From positions 1 through 64,000 of the forward strand of contig JAEINQ010000002.1 in assembly GCA_016342285.1 (NCBI GenBank): a stretch of DNA of 64,000 nucleotides. Direction: 5' to 3'. Origin of the DNA: Desulfobacterales bacterium (lineage in GTDB: Bacteria; Desulfobacterota; Desulfobacteria; Desulfobacterales; JAEINQ01). How positions within the stretch are numbered: position 1 is the first letter of the stretch; every line of letters begins with the position of its first letter. A program made the position numbers and the translations under genes. This document shows positions 50,301 through 58,815 of this stretch, piece by piece. The notes beneath the pieces are model-generated. The model was not told the origin of the DNA. It saw only the letters and a list, made by a program, of their open reading frames with translations, and searched no databases.

Positions 50301-50578
50301 AGATCGGCATTGCGATGATTTCCTTGACACTTGCCGAGAGGGCCGGAGTGTTTCGACAAAAAAACATTGAAGAAGGTCTTGCCCGTCAGCTCAACGATTT
50401 TCATCGTCTTGTCGCAAAGGATCACGGCAAGCAGCGTTACGAGAGAGACCTATTCCTATTTCAGGGGAAGAATATCCATGTCATTCGTCCAAATATTCTT
50501 TTCAACTGGACCCGTACAGCCGCACTCAACGACGCCGCGCGCATTTATGGCGAAATTGCCCAAGCTGGTGAGGATTGA
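47342..50578 (+). CDS. Large gamma-class N6-adenine DNA methyltransferase of the Eco57I/MmeI (type IIG/IIL-like) family with ~330-aa N-terminal and ~560-aa C-terminal extensions
   Basis: Motif X GAFYTP preceded by YDFKMIPVETISAIYEDFL, motif I DPACGSGIFL, motif IV GNPPW. ATG 47342 is 4 nt after the lexA-like stop. C-terminal half is AT-rich. Confidence 0.8.
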   Translation: MTTVTKIDSRLVREHQSTPPGMLFYDSVEAVRRDISLLGYVSVVERAWQEMDLNGVLFLDSRPVLYLKEYGQPASSAERIRLQKLFWNQGVANVLVLADPTTVSLYSGLTKPQPEQLEGPKAEKALIGQPLALAEYVQQIQALYHDLATGNYYEKYAERFNPDEAVDATLLRHLKELRDELIKGEYGLGIKEAHAIIGRVLFLCYLLDRGIVTIGPLSMGNTATSCFAQILGGKPHKEGISYLYGLFNDLKERFNGNMFDLDLDAEKESIQTVHIEKLIRFLGGHDVKSGQLNIWPYDFKMIPVETISAIYEDFLAVEDPEGKKGQGAFYTPRFLAEMVVDTAVGEDPDLLDGSFLDPACGSGIFLVILFNRIANRWVFNQVKTPGYLKKAEALQSILKQQIRGVDKKETACRIACFSLYLAYLDFFDPPDIIKYVERTGSPLPKLLHYGDTPNRPQADMPVVYKADFINGNSLGEEKFDCIIGNPPWAERGRKQLALKFMEKTPDFLKESGVGCLLLPTKNLHNQTDAFQAKWLLRVELEKVIQLADYSFLLFKNALCPAFIARFKNTPPQPAKHLIEFVAPKFNRDGLRQGLIIVNPSSRTWIPLSDILAATELKTASVLWKRWLWGTSRDQKLIDLLWQLPSLGAHVDVLSELRKQRKERKKRWIIGQGIKPWLKSKKKSDRLPKKIIWPLDTPFIAASPWHSNQILMESDTIPIEERLKKKEYRTDIFYSQPPQDLFKPPMIVVSQGFEKVAYCDFNVLFQHSLQSIAGPKNDSDLLVFLSVFLRSSLARYFLFHTSANWGTERDKVLLDELLRVPFPLPGHEFVSPDGGRIVRHVFTKFKSLRRKLVKTFNKLKQDSTRFALFPGDEPDIGLRWRKERKILVDAFQNDMEPLIYNYFGLTEQEIALVEDTIRVFEPSSTPHSWRSPKSSLVTLDPLEKAKAEPYVNDGLNAYADMLTGTLNGWAQMEGSIYRVRAEGGISKKIGIAMISLTLAERAGVFRQKNIEEGLARQLNDFHRLVAKDHGKQRYERDLFLFQGKNIHVIRPNILFNWTRTAALNDAARIYGEIAQAGED

Positions 50579-50580
50579 AT

Positions 50581-51054
50581 ATGGGCGGCGAAGTAAGGGC
50601 TTTCATTCCCCTTTTTCCCCAAAGGCATATCCCGATAATTCTGGCCGCCATTCTTCAGGCCGGTGAAACCCTTCAGAAAAAAATACCGAATGAACATGAA
50701 AATCGCTTGACCCGGCGGCTGTGCAGAATGTTGAATCAAATGATCATCTTTCGAGATGGCCCTTTGAGCATCCACCCGCAGCAGGAAATCCTCTCCCCAG
50801 ATCCGGAAAAGGACACCCCCGAAGGATATATCGATATATTGGTTTCTTGCGGACACGGATCCGAGGTCTATTTTGCCATTGAAGCAAAAAGGCTGCGTGT
50901 AAGATCCGCCAGTGGAAGGATGACCGCGGGCAACGACGATTATGTCAATGAAGGCATGATGCGTTTTATTACCGGACAATACGCACCCTTAATGAAATCT
51001 GGAGCCATGCTTGGGTATGTGTTCGACGGTGATACCGGAATGGCTCGTTCCTGA
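50581..51054 (+). CDS. Small PD-(D/E)xK nuclease-fold protein (Mrr-cat-like mini-nuclease)
   Basis: E...GYIDILV...YFAIEAKRL = E / D / ExK catalytic signature; ATG 3 nt after the MTase stop with GGTGAGGA RBS (track ORF starts at TTG 50575). Confidence 0.55.
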   Translation: MGGEVRAFIPLFPQRHIPIILAAILQAGETLQKKIPNEHENRLTRRLCRMLNQMIIFRDGPLSIHPQQEILSPDPEKDTPEGYIDILVSCGHGSEVYFAIEAKRLRVRSASGRMTAGNDDYVNEGMMRFITGQYAPLMKSGAMLGYVFDGDTGMARS

Positions 51055-51529
51055 GTCGGGCGATATATCCAACGCAAGTCTGATGAACTGAAACTCTTGC
51101 CGCCCAAACGGCTCGTCAGATCAAGAATTCTTTATAGAAAGCCTGCCGACGAAACCCATCATCAGCTACCAGCACGGAAATTCACCCTATACCACCTGCT
51201 TATCGCCGTTTGAGCCCAACACTTCTGAAAATACCGATGCAACCTGCATTTTTTTAGGCGCTCATCGCTGTCGACTTTTTATAGGGATTGTAAATGGATC
51301 GTTCCGGGGCCGAGGCTTGCCCCTATGAAGGGGCCGGCCGTCACTTCAGCGGAACAGAAATAGGACAATCCCTATGCCGCGATACAATTTGTTACACCTT
51401 GTTACCCTCCTGAAAAGCAATCTTTCCTGGACTGTTCTAATGTCTGACCATCACGGAAATCGTTTCGGGCTCAAACCGGGTCCTGATCGACGATCCGGGC
51501 GGTACAAGAAGACAGGGGAGGGACGGGCC

Positions 51530-51901
51530 ATGGTTCAACGAAAAAGAGGAAAATCGGGAAGGGCGCCCATCGCCCTGGTCACCGGGGCGGCTGCCGGCCT
51601 GGGGTTCGAACTGAGTAAGCTTTACGCAGAGGCCGGTTACGGACTGGTCCTGGTGGACAGTGATACCGGACGTCTCCAGAGCACCGCCGACCGGCTCAAA
51701 AACCGTTACGGCGTGGCCGTGACACCCATTGCCCAGGACCTCGGAGACACGGGGGCGCCGGATCGGATTTCCCGGGAACTGACAGGCAGCGGGCTGACAC
51801 CTGACGTGATTATTACCCGGGAAGGATTCCGGGTTTACGGCCCCTTCCCCAAAGCCGACTTCCAAAAGGAACTTCATCCGGTGTGCCGAGATTACCAGTA
51901 A
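51530..51901 (+). pseudogene. Truncated short-chain dehydrogenase/reductase (N-terminal ~120 aa only)
   Basis: ALVTGAAAGLGFEL Rossmann motif and NAG-region remnant DVIITREGF, then divergence and a premature stop. Confidence 0.45.
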
Positions 51902-51979
51902 GGCGGGGTGTTGCCTTTTTTCTGATACGAAATCAGAAGATTCAATTTAATGTGAAAAACATTACGAAAGGAGATTGTC

Positions 51980-52456
51980 ATGAAAAAAAAAGGAATGATT
52001 GGGATCATTATAAGTGTTACAGCAGTGGTGATTGCCCTGGTCGGGTGTGGGCACCAAAAGTTCTGGAGCCATGAGGATTCGCCTGAAGCCCGTGCCGCAT
52101 GGGTGGTTAAAAAGGTTTCCGATCGCCTGGACCTGAATCCGCGGCAGCAGGAAGAACTCAACCGGATTTCAAAGGAGGTCATGGCGCGCCGCGACGACAT
52201 TCGTACCTCCCGCGAGCAGTCCAGGCAGCAGGTGCTGGACATGGTCCGCAGCGATGCCATCAACCGGGCTGAACTGGAACGGCTCGTCAATGAAAAAAAG
52301 GCCCAGATCGAGGAACTAATCCCGTTTTTTATGGACAAGGCATTGGCGTTTCATGCCATGCTCACGCCCGAGCAGCGGGAGACACTTGCCGCTGAAATGG
52401 AAAAACACCACAGTCGCGGCCATGGGTGCTGGTCCCGGTGGTCCGCGAGCAAGTAA
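51980..52456 (+). CDS. Spy/CpxP/ZraP-like periplasmic LTXXQ-motif protein (lipoprotein)
   Basis: Lipobox ALVGCG; two LTXXQ-type motifs LNPRQQEEL and LTPEQRETL; His-rich C-terminus. Confidence 0.7.
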   Translation: MKKKGMIGIIISVTAVVIALVGCGHQKFWSHEDSPEARAAWVVKKVSDRLDLNPRQQEELNRISKEVMARRDDIRTSREQSRQQVLDMVRSDAINRAELERLVNEKKAQIEELIPFFMDKALAFHAMLTPEQRETLAAEMEKHHSRGHGCWSRWSASK

Positions 52457-52666
52457 GGCCGGTTAAGGGGTCGATTTCGTATGACCGCGATTTCACTTTT
52501 TACTAAGCCAATACTCACAGTTGTGGACCGGAAAAGGGTTTACCGCTGCCGCGAGAAAACAAACGGCCGTTTAAAGGGCAATGTCGAATTTACAATCCTC
52601 AATTTCCAATGCTCAAGTGTGGGGTCGCCTTGCTCGGCCAATTTAAGAAAGCTCTAAGTGGCAGAA

Positions 52667-52759
52667 TACCATACTTGGAAATTGGGAGTTGGACATTGAT
52701 TGGTGATCATTTTGCTCCCCCCTGGGGAGGCTTCTTGAGACCACTCACGCTGCGGGTGG
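52667..52759 (+). repeat. Element E1 (~93 nt): tandem GGAAATTG/GGACATTG half-sites, CTCCCC..GGGGAG hairpin and CCAC..GGGTGG hairpin, ending ~30 nt before the methyltransferase start
   Basis: About 75% identical to 53354-53444, in the same orientation and at the same position relative to the downstream start codon. Confidence 0.6.
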
Positions 52760-52787
52760 CGTATTGGCAACCAACACCGGAGGCATC

Positions 52788-53345
52788 ATGGGCACTATGG
52801 GGTCGAACATCGGATTTAGCTTTATGTCAGCATTTTTCAAACTCAGGGATCTGATCAGGCCACCGGCAGAAGTACTTCAGGACGTCGGCCTGAAGCCGGG
52901 CATGCAGGTGCTCGACTTTGGCTGCGGCCCGGGGAGTTTTGCCCTTGAGGCGGCTAAAAGGGTCGGTCCTTCCGGGCGGGTTTATGCTGTCGACCGTCTT
53001 GCCCTGGCCGTGGAGAGGGTCTGCCGGAAGGGCTCCCGCCAAGGCTTGGCCAACCTGGAAGCCATTCAGACGGATGGTGCCACCGGCCTGGAAGATGAAA
53101 GCATTGATCTGGTTTTGCTGTTTGACATTTTTCACAGCCTGGACCATCCTGAGCGTATTTTGGAAGAAATATGCCGGGTGCTCAAGCCGACCGGCGGTCT
53201 CTGGGTGAGCGATCACCATTTGAAGGCCGACGAAATTGGCTCCGGGGTGGGGGGTGCCGGGCCGGTGGTTTTTTCCGAAAGGCGCGGGGACCTGTTCCGG
53301 TTTGACAAAGCTGCCGATACGCTCTCCCGGCCCATGTCCACCTGA
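52788..53345 (+). CDS. Class I SAM-dependent methyltransferase (Methyltransf_11/25-like)
   Basis: Motif I VLDFGCGPGSF, post-I AVDRL, motif II/III region LKPTGGLWV; GGAGG RBS before ATG 52788. Confidence 0.8.
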   Translation: MGTMGSNIGFSFMSAFFKLRDLIRPPAEVLQDVGLKPGMQVLDFGCGPGSFALEAAKRVGPSGRVYAVDRLALAVERVCRKGSRQGLANLEAIQTDGATGLEDESIDLVLLFDIFHSLDHPERILEEICRVLKPTGGLWVSDHHLKADEIGSGVGGAGPVVFSERRGDLFRFDKAADTLSRPMST

Positions 53346-53353
53346 TAACAGAA

Positions 53354-53444
53354 TGCCTTACTTGGACATTGGGAGTTCGACATTGAATATTCATCATTCA
53401 GCCTCCCTTTAGGAGCTTTCTGAGACCACCCGCTCTGCGGGTGG
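53354..53444 (+). repeat. Element E2 (~91 nt): TTGGACATTGGGAGTTCGACATTG direct half-sites, CTCC..GGAG hairpin, then CCACCCGC-TCT-GCGGGTGG hairpin followed by a T-rich run (terminator-like), about 40 nt before the response regulator start
   Basis: Paralogous to E1; compensatory changes keep both hairpins. Confidence 0.6.
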
Positions 53445-53485
53445 GACCTCATTTTCTTCAGCCTTCAGCCTTTGACCTGAATTTT

Positions 53486-54187
53486 ATGCCCCAGACCCTT
53501 CTCATCATTGATGACGACAAAAAACTCAACCGGCTGCTGGAAACCTATCTGGCGGATTTCGGGTTTCGCGTGCTTTCGGCCACCCATCCGGAAAAGGGGC
53601 TGGCCGCGATCCGAAAACACGGCCCGGATCTGGTCATTCTCGACGTGATGCTGCCGGACATGAACGGGTTCGAAGTCTGCAAACAGATCCGGCAGTTCAG
53701 CGCGGTGCCGGTCATCATGCTCACGGCCCGGGGCGATTTGATGGACAAAGTGGTGGGGCTGGAGCTGGGCGCGGACGACTACCTTCCCAAGCCCTTCGAG
53801 CCCCGGGAACTGGTGGCCCGCATCCAGTCGATACTCCGGCGGACCGGGGCACGGGTGGAAGAGAGCGGCGTGGAGACCTTCGGGCGGCTGGCCGTAGATC
53901 ATCCCCGCCGCCAAGCCCTGCTCAACGGCGTCCCGGTGGATCTGACCACCAATGAGTTCGCCGCCCTGGCCCTGCTGGTCAGGCACCCGGGAAAGGTGCT
54001 GGACCGGGACCAGATCCTTCAGGAACTCCGGGGGATGGACAGCGAGGCCTTCAACCGATCCGTGGACATTACCATGAGCCGGCTTCGTCAGAAACTTGGC
54101 GACGACCCCAAATCCCCCGAGTTCATCAAGACGGTCTGGGGGACCGGGTACGTCTTTATCGGGAATCGGACGAACCATGCGGATTGA
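53486..54187 (+). CDS. OmpR/PhoB-family response regulator
   Basis: Receiver domain (DDD, phospho-Asp in LVILDVMLPD, conserved Lys) plus winged-helix output domain. Confidence 0.85.
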   Translation: MPQTLLIIDDDKKLNRLLETYLADFGFRVLSATHPEKGLAAIRKHGPDLVILDVMLPDMNGFEVCKQIRQFSAVPVIMLTARGDLMDKVVGLELGADDYLPKPFEPRELVARIQSILRRTGARVEESGVETFGRLAVDHPRRQALLNGVPVDLTTNEFAALALLVRHPGKVLDRDQILQELRGMDSEAFNRSVDITMSRLRQKLGDDPKSPEFIKTVWGTGYVFIGNRTNHAD

Positions 54188-55508
54188 TTTGATACGAAAA
54201 ATCGCCGGCTCTGTGTTCACGCGGCTTCTGGCCGCATCCCTGGCGGCCGGCCTCTGTCTTGATCTTCTGGTGTTCGGTGCGATCCACTTTTATCGCGAGC
54301 GGCACCTTGAAGGCTATGAGCAGATCCTCATCGGCCAGTATGTAGACTACCTGCTGGCCGACCTGGGTGATCCGCCGGACTTTAAGCGGGCCGGGGCTAT
54401 CGCCCGCCGGACCACCATCGTCATCGCCTACCGGTCCCAGAACCGGCGTTGGTCCACCTCCGATACCATTCCCCAAATCCCGCCGGATGTCCGCCGTGCG
54501 TTTCAGGTGAAACCCGGCATGATCGCAGGATTCTATCGCGGTCACCATTTCGCCCGGGTCAAGACCCGGGACGGTGAGCTGACCTTTATCGTTCCCAGGC
54601 ACGCGAGTCTAAAAAAAGAGGCCACCTTGGCGTTGTTGGTGCTTCTTGGCCTCATGACGGGCATTATGGCGGGAACCTATTTTTACATCCGGTGGGTTCT
54701 CAAGCCCCTTCGGTGGCTGAAGGAAGGCGCTACGGCAGTCGGTGGCGGCAACCTCAGGCACCGGGTGCCGGAAAAACGATCAGATGAATTCCGGGACCTG
54801 GCCGAGTCTTTCAACAAAATGACCCGCCGCGTCAACGATATGCTGCGGGGCAAAGAGCAACTGTTGCTGGATATCAGTCATGAACTCCGGTCGCCGGTGA
54901 CCCGCATGAAACTGGAACTGGAGTTTTTGCCGGGCAGTCCAACCCGGGAGAGCCTCCGGGAGGACATTTGCGAAGTGGAGCGGATGGTGACCCAGATTCT
55001 GGATGCGGCGAGAATGCAAAAATCGGCCGCGGAACTGAACCTTCGGCCGGTGGATCTGGCCCAACTGATTCCCATCGCCACCGAAGCCATCGCTCAAAGG
55101 GCGCCGGGGATCCGGATCGGCAACCTGCCGCCGCTGACGGCGGTGGTCGACCCGGAGAAGGTGCTTACAGTGCTATCCAACATTCTGGAAAATGCCCTTA
55201 AATACGCATCGGAAAGCACACGTCCGGTGGAGATATCCCTGGGGTCAGACGATGGCAACGCCACCATAAAGGTGCGTGATTTCGGTATCGGTATTCCAAA
55301 AGAAGCCCAGCCTTACCTTTTCGAACCGTTCTTCAGGGTTGACGGGTCCAGATCCCGGGAGACCGGCGGGTACGGTCTCGGGCTGAGTCTTTGCAAGACC
55401 ATCATGAGGGCCCACGGCGGACGGATCGACATCGAAAGTGAGCTGGCACGGGGAACGTCGGTAACGCTGACTTTTCCCCTGTCGCCCCAACCAGGTGAAG
55501 TCCGTTAG
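54177..55508 (+). CDS. Sensor histidine kinase (two TM segments, HAMP, HisKA, HATPase_c)
   Basis: H-box ISHELRSPVT, N/G1/G2 boxes (NALKY, DFGIGI, GYGLGLS); 11-nt overlap with the response regulator gene. Confidence 0.85.
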   Translation: MRIDLIRKIAGSVFTRLLAASLAAGLCLDLLVFGAIHFYRERHLEGYEQILIGQYVDYLLADLGDPPDFKRAGAIARRTTIVIAYRSQNRRWSTSDTIPQIPPDVRRAFQVKPGMIAGFYRGHHFARVKTRDGELTFIVPRHASLKKEATLALLVLLGLMTGIMAGTYFYIRWVLKPLRWLKEGATAVGGGNLRHRVPEKRSDEFRDLAESFNKMTRRVNDMLRGKEQLLLDISHELRSPVTRMKLELEFLPGSPTRESLREDICEVERMVTQILDAARMQKSAAELNLRPVDLAQLIPIATEAIAQRAPGIRIGNLPPLTAVVDPEKVLTVLSNILENALKYASESTRPVEISLGSDDGNATIKVRDFGIGIPKEAQPYLFEPFFRVDGSRSRETGGYGLGLSLCKTIMRAHGGRIDIESELARGTSVTLTFPLSPQPGEVR

Positions 55509-55895
55509 AAGTCACTTCCATGGCAAAGGGGACGGCCGGACCCAGGCATGGGGTCGACCGATTCGCCAGCATGGAAGGCTCTTTCCGAAGATCTTCGTTG
55601 GCGTACCATCTTTGTATTGGGCGTATGCGGCACCAAGATCGAATCTCCTCCACGGATGACCGACGGGTATAGGCGATCGGCCGGTTCGCCATATGCTTTG
55701 TTGACACGGACAGGGGTTTTTGGCATAGGTTATAGCATTTGTTAGCAATACGTTCCGATACAGGTCAATGGACGGTCCTCATCTCCAAGCTCAATATGAG
55801 TCAGAATTGAACGGCTCAAATGCTATAAATATTTTGTTTCGGATTCTTCTGACGGTGCTCAAAGGATTGAAACAAAAATAAAACCTTTTTACAGG

Positions 55896-56957
55896 ATGTT
55901 AATCATGGCTCGGCAACCGGCTGCCGCTGAACTGCCCCTTCCAGACCACTACGATCCGAGCCGGGTCGACCAGGTCTGGCGGGTGCCATACCAGGAGCGG
56001 GCTGCGTCGGCCCGGTCATGGGCCCGGTTCCACCGCATCGCGCCGGCCGGCAATGATCGTCTGCGGGTGTCCCTGTTGCTGGTCGACGTACAGAATACCT
56101 TCTGCATTCCGGAATTCGAACTGTTTGTCGGCGGCCGTTCGGGTTTCGGCGCCGTGGAAGACAACCGCCGTCTTTGCCAGTTCATCTACCGAAACCTGAA
56201 CCGCATCACACAGATTTGTCCCACCATGGACACCCACCAGGCCGCCCAGATCTTCCACAGCATCTTTTTAATTGATGATCAGGGAGAACACCCGCCCCCC
56301 TACACCCTGGTGACCGTTGACGATATTGATTCGGGCCGGTGGCGGTTCAATGCCGATCTTGCACCCGGATTGGGGATCGATGCCGCATATGGTCAGGCCC
56401 ATTTGGCCCATTACGCCCGGACCCTGGCGTCGGGGGGCAAATACGACCTCACCGTCTGGCCCTACCATGCCATGCTGGGTGGGATCGGTCATGCCCTGGT
56501 ATCGGTCGTCGAAGAAGCGGTCTTTTTTCACAGCATCGCCCGATTGAGCCGGACCGACTTTCGCATCAAAGGCGATCACCCCATGACGGAAAACTATTCG
56601 GTCGTGCGCCCGGAAGTACTGACCGGCCCCCGGGGCGATATCATGACGGAAAAAAACAAAGGGTTGATGGAGAAACTGCTCGCTTTCGATGCCGTCATTG
56701 TGGCCGGACAGGCCCAAAGCCATTGTGTCGCCTGGACCGTTTCCGACCTGCTGGACGACATTTCCAAACGGGACCCCGCCCTGGCCGCAAAGATCTACCT
56801 GCTGGAAGACTGCTCATCTCCGGTTGTCATTCCGGGTGTCATCGACTACACGGAGGCGGCCCAGGCAGCCTATGATCGGTTTGCCGCCGCCGGAATGCAT
56901 CGGGTCCGCTCTTGCGATTCCATAGACCGCTGGCCCGGGGTCTTTTCCGGCCAATGA
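55896..56957 (+). CDS. pncA: Long-form nicotinamidase (isochorismatase/cysteine-hydrolase superfamily)
   Basis: Catalytic triad context [10 protein letters not shown] (Asp), DFRIKG (Lys), AQSHCVAW (Cys); ~350 aa like long-type nicotinamidases; adjacent to pncB. Confidence 0.65.
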   Translation: MLIMARQPAAAELPLPDHYDPSRVDQVWRVPYQERAASARSWARFHRIAPAGNDRLRVSLLLVDVQNTFCIPEFELFVGGRSGFGAVEDNRRLCQFIYRNLNRITQICPTMDTHQAAQIFHSIFLIDDQGEHPPPYTLVTVDDIDSGRWRFNADLAPGLGIDAAYGQAHLAHYARTLASGGKYDLTVWPYHAMLGGIGHALVSVVEEAVFFHSIARLSRTDFRIKGDHPMTENYSVVRPEVLTGPRGDIMTEKNKGLMEKLLAFDAVIVAGQAQSHCVAWTVSDLLDDISKRDPALAAKIYLLEDCSSPVVIPGVIDYTEAAQAAYDRFAAAGMHRVRSCDSIDRWPGVFSGQ

Positions 56958-56989
56958 ATCGGCGGCCCTGCAGCCGTCTACAGATATTT

Positions 56990-58333
56990 ATGACAGGAAT
57001 GGAAATGGAAGCACGACACCGAGTCGGCGCCCTATTTACCGACCTTTATGAACTCACCATGGCTGCGGGATACTGGGCCCACGGCCTTTATGACCGCGCC
57101 ACGTTCTCTGTTTTTATCCGGGGCGGCGGAACCCGGCGGGATTATTTTGTCGCCGTGGGCCTGGAAGACGTTGTGACCGAATTGGAGGCATTTTCCTTTT
57201 TGCCCGAAGAGATCGCCTTTTTGGAGACCACGGGCCGGTTTTCATCCGGATTCCTGGATTATTTGGGCGGGCTGCGGTTTACCGGTGACATGGTTGCCAT
57301 GGCTGAAGGGACGGTGTTCTTTGCCGACGAGCCGATTCTGGAGATTACGGCACCGCTCATTGAAGCGCAGATTCTGGAAACGTTTATTCTCAATACGCTG
57401 GGGTTCCAGACCATGATCGCCACAAAGGCGGCCCGTTGCATAAAGGCTGCCGGTGGTCGCCCCCTCATCGATTTTTCTCTCCGCCGCACCCAGGGAACTG
57501 ACGCCGGAATGAAGGTGGCGCGAAGCACCTGGATCGCGGGTTTCGACGCCACAAGCAATGTTTTGGCCGGAAAGCAATACGGCCTGCCGCTTTCGGGCAC
57601 CATGGCCCACAGTTTCGTTACGGCCTTTGACACCGAAATGGAGGCATTTTCCGCCTATGCCCAGACGTTTCCGGAGAGCACGGTACTGCTCATTGATACC
57701 TATGACGTGATTCAGGGTGCACGAAACGCTGTGACGGTGGCCCAAGCGCTTCGAAATGGCGGCAATGCCCTGGTCGGCGTTCGGCTCGACAGCGGCGATA
57801 TGGCGTCCCAAAGCATCAACGTTCGCCGTATTCTCGATCAGGGCGGGTTTCCGGAGGTGAAGATTTTCGCTTCCAGCGGATTTGACGAATTCAAGATCGC
57901 CGACGTCATTGACCGCGGCGCCAGGATCGATGCCTTCGGGGTTGGCACCAAGGTGGGTGTTTCGTCGGATGCGCCGTTTTTGAATATTGTCTATAAGCTG
58001 GTTCGATATGCCGGTCGAAACGTGAGAAAGACCAGTCCGGGGAAAGCCACCCTGGGGGGTGAAAAACAGGTGTTTCGGCAATTGGACAAAGGGGGCGCTT
58101 TTGTCGGAGACATCGTCGGGACCCGGCACGAACACCATGAGGGAGCCGAATCCATGCTGACGCCGGTCATGGTCAACGGATCGCCGGTGGGCGCCCGGCC
58201 GCGGCTCAGTGAGATTCGCGCCCGTTTCCAAACACAGATTTCAATGCTGGGCCATGAGCATGCGCGTCTTGATGGGCCAGTCCGGTATCCGATACGGATC
58301 AGCGAGGGTCTCAACGCTGTGCAACCGCTATAA
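56990..58333 (+). CDS. pncB: Nicotinate phosphoribosyltransferase
   Basis: NAPRTase blocks (DLYELTMAAGYW, FGVGT, RLDSGD); start may be 56999 (MEMEA) rather than 56990. Confidence 0.85.
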   Translation: MTGMEMEARHRVGALFTDLYELTMAAGYWAHGLYDRATFSVFIRGGGTRRDYFVAVGLEDVVTELEAFSFLPEEIAFLETTGRFSSGFLDYLGGLRFTGDMVAMAEGTVFFADEPILEITAPLIEAQILETFILNTLGFQTMIATKAARCIKAAGGRPLIDFSLRRTQGTDAGMKVARSTWIAGFDATSNVLAGKQYGLPLSGTMAHSFVTAFDTEMEAFSAYAQTFPESTVLLIDTYDVIQGARNAVTVAQALRNGGNALVGVRLDSGDMASQSINVRRILDQGGFPEVKIFASSGFDEFKIADVIDRGARIDAFGVGTKVGVSSDAPFLNIVYKLVRYAGRNVRKTSPGKATLGGEKQVFRQLDKGGAFVGDIVGTRHEHHEGAESMLTPVMVNGSPVGARPRLSEIRARFQTQISMLGHEHARLDGPVRYPIRISEGLNAVQPL

Positions 58334-58401
58334 TAGAACCAGGAGCGACGCCGTAGCGATGGGAGTACACACGCGGGACACATAAAAAACCGGGAGGGGC
58401 A

Positions 58402-58815
58402 ATGGCACCACACAAGGAAGTCTCAAGGGCAATGGCGGAAAGCATGGTGATGATTGCCGCGGCAGATGGCCAGATTCACAAACAGGAACAGATTCTGATG
58501 CTCAAGGCGCTCAAGGCGCTTTGGTCTCCGGGGCTAGGCAGCATTAAGTGCGCTGTGGTTGCCGCTTTTCGAGACGTCAAGCTGGCCAATGATTTCGGCA
58601 TGGACATCAAGAAAATTATGCAAAATCATGCCACGCTGATGTCAAAAATATTTACCGGAAAGGAAAAAAAGTACTTTCTGAACCAGATGGAGCGCCTTAT
58701 GCGCGCCGATGACGATTTGGATAAACGCGAAGTTGTGCTGTATACCCTATGCCGGGAATACATCCGCCCGGATGCCGGACTGATGGGCGCCTTGAAATCG
58801 TTTTTCGGCAAATAA
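58402..58815 (+). CDS. TerB-like (tellurite-resistance TerB domain) protein
   Basis: MIAAADGQIHKQEQ..L pattern and a second DDDLDKREV repeat, typical of TerB two-helix repeats. Confidence 0.45.
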   Translation: MAPHKEVSRAMAESMVMIAAADGQIHKQEQILMLKALKALWSPGLGSIKCAVVAAFRDVKLANDFGMDIKKIMQNHATLMSKIFTGKEKKYFLNQMERLMRADDDLDKREVVLYTLCREYIRPDAGLMGALKSFFGK

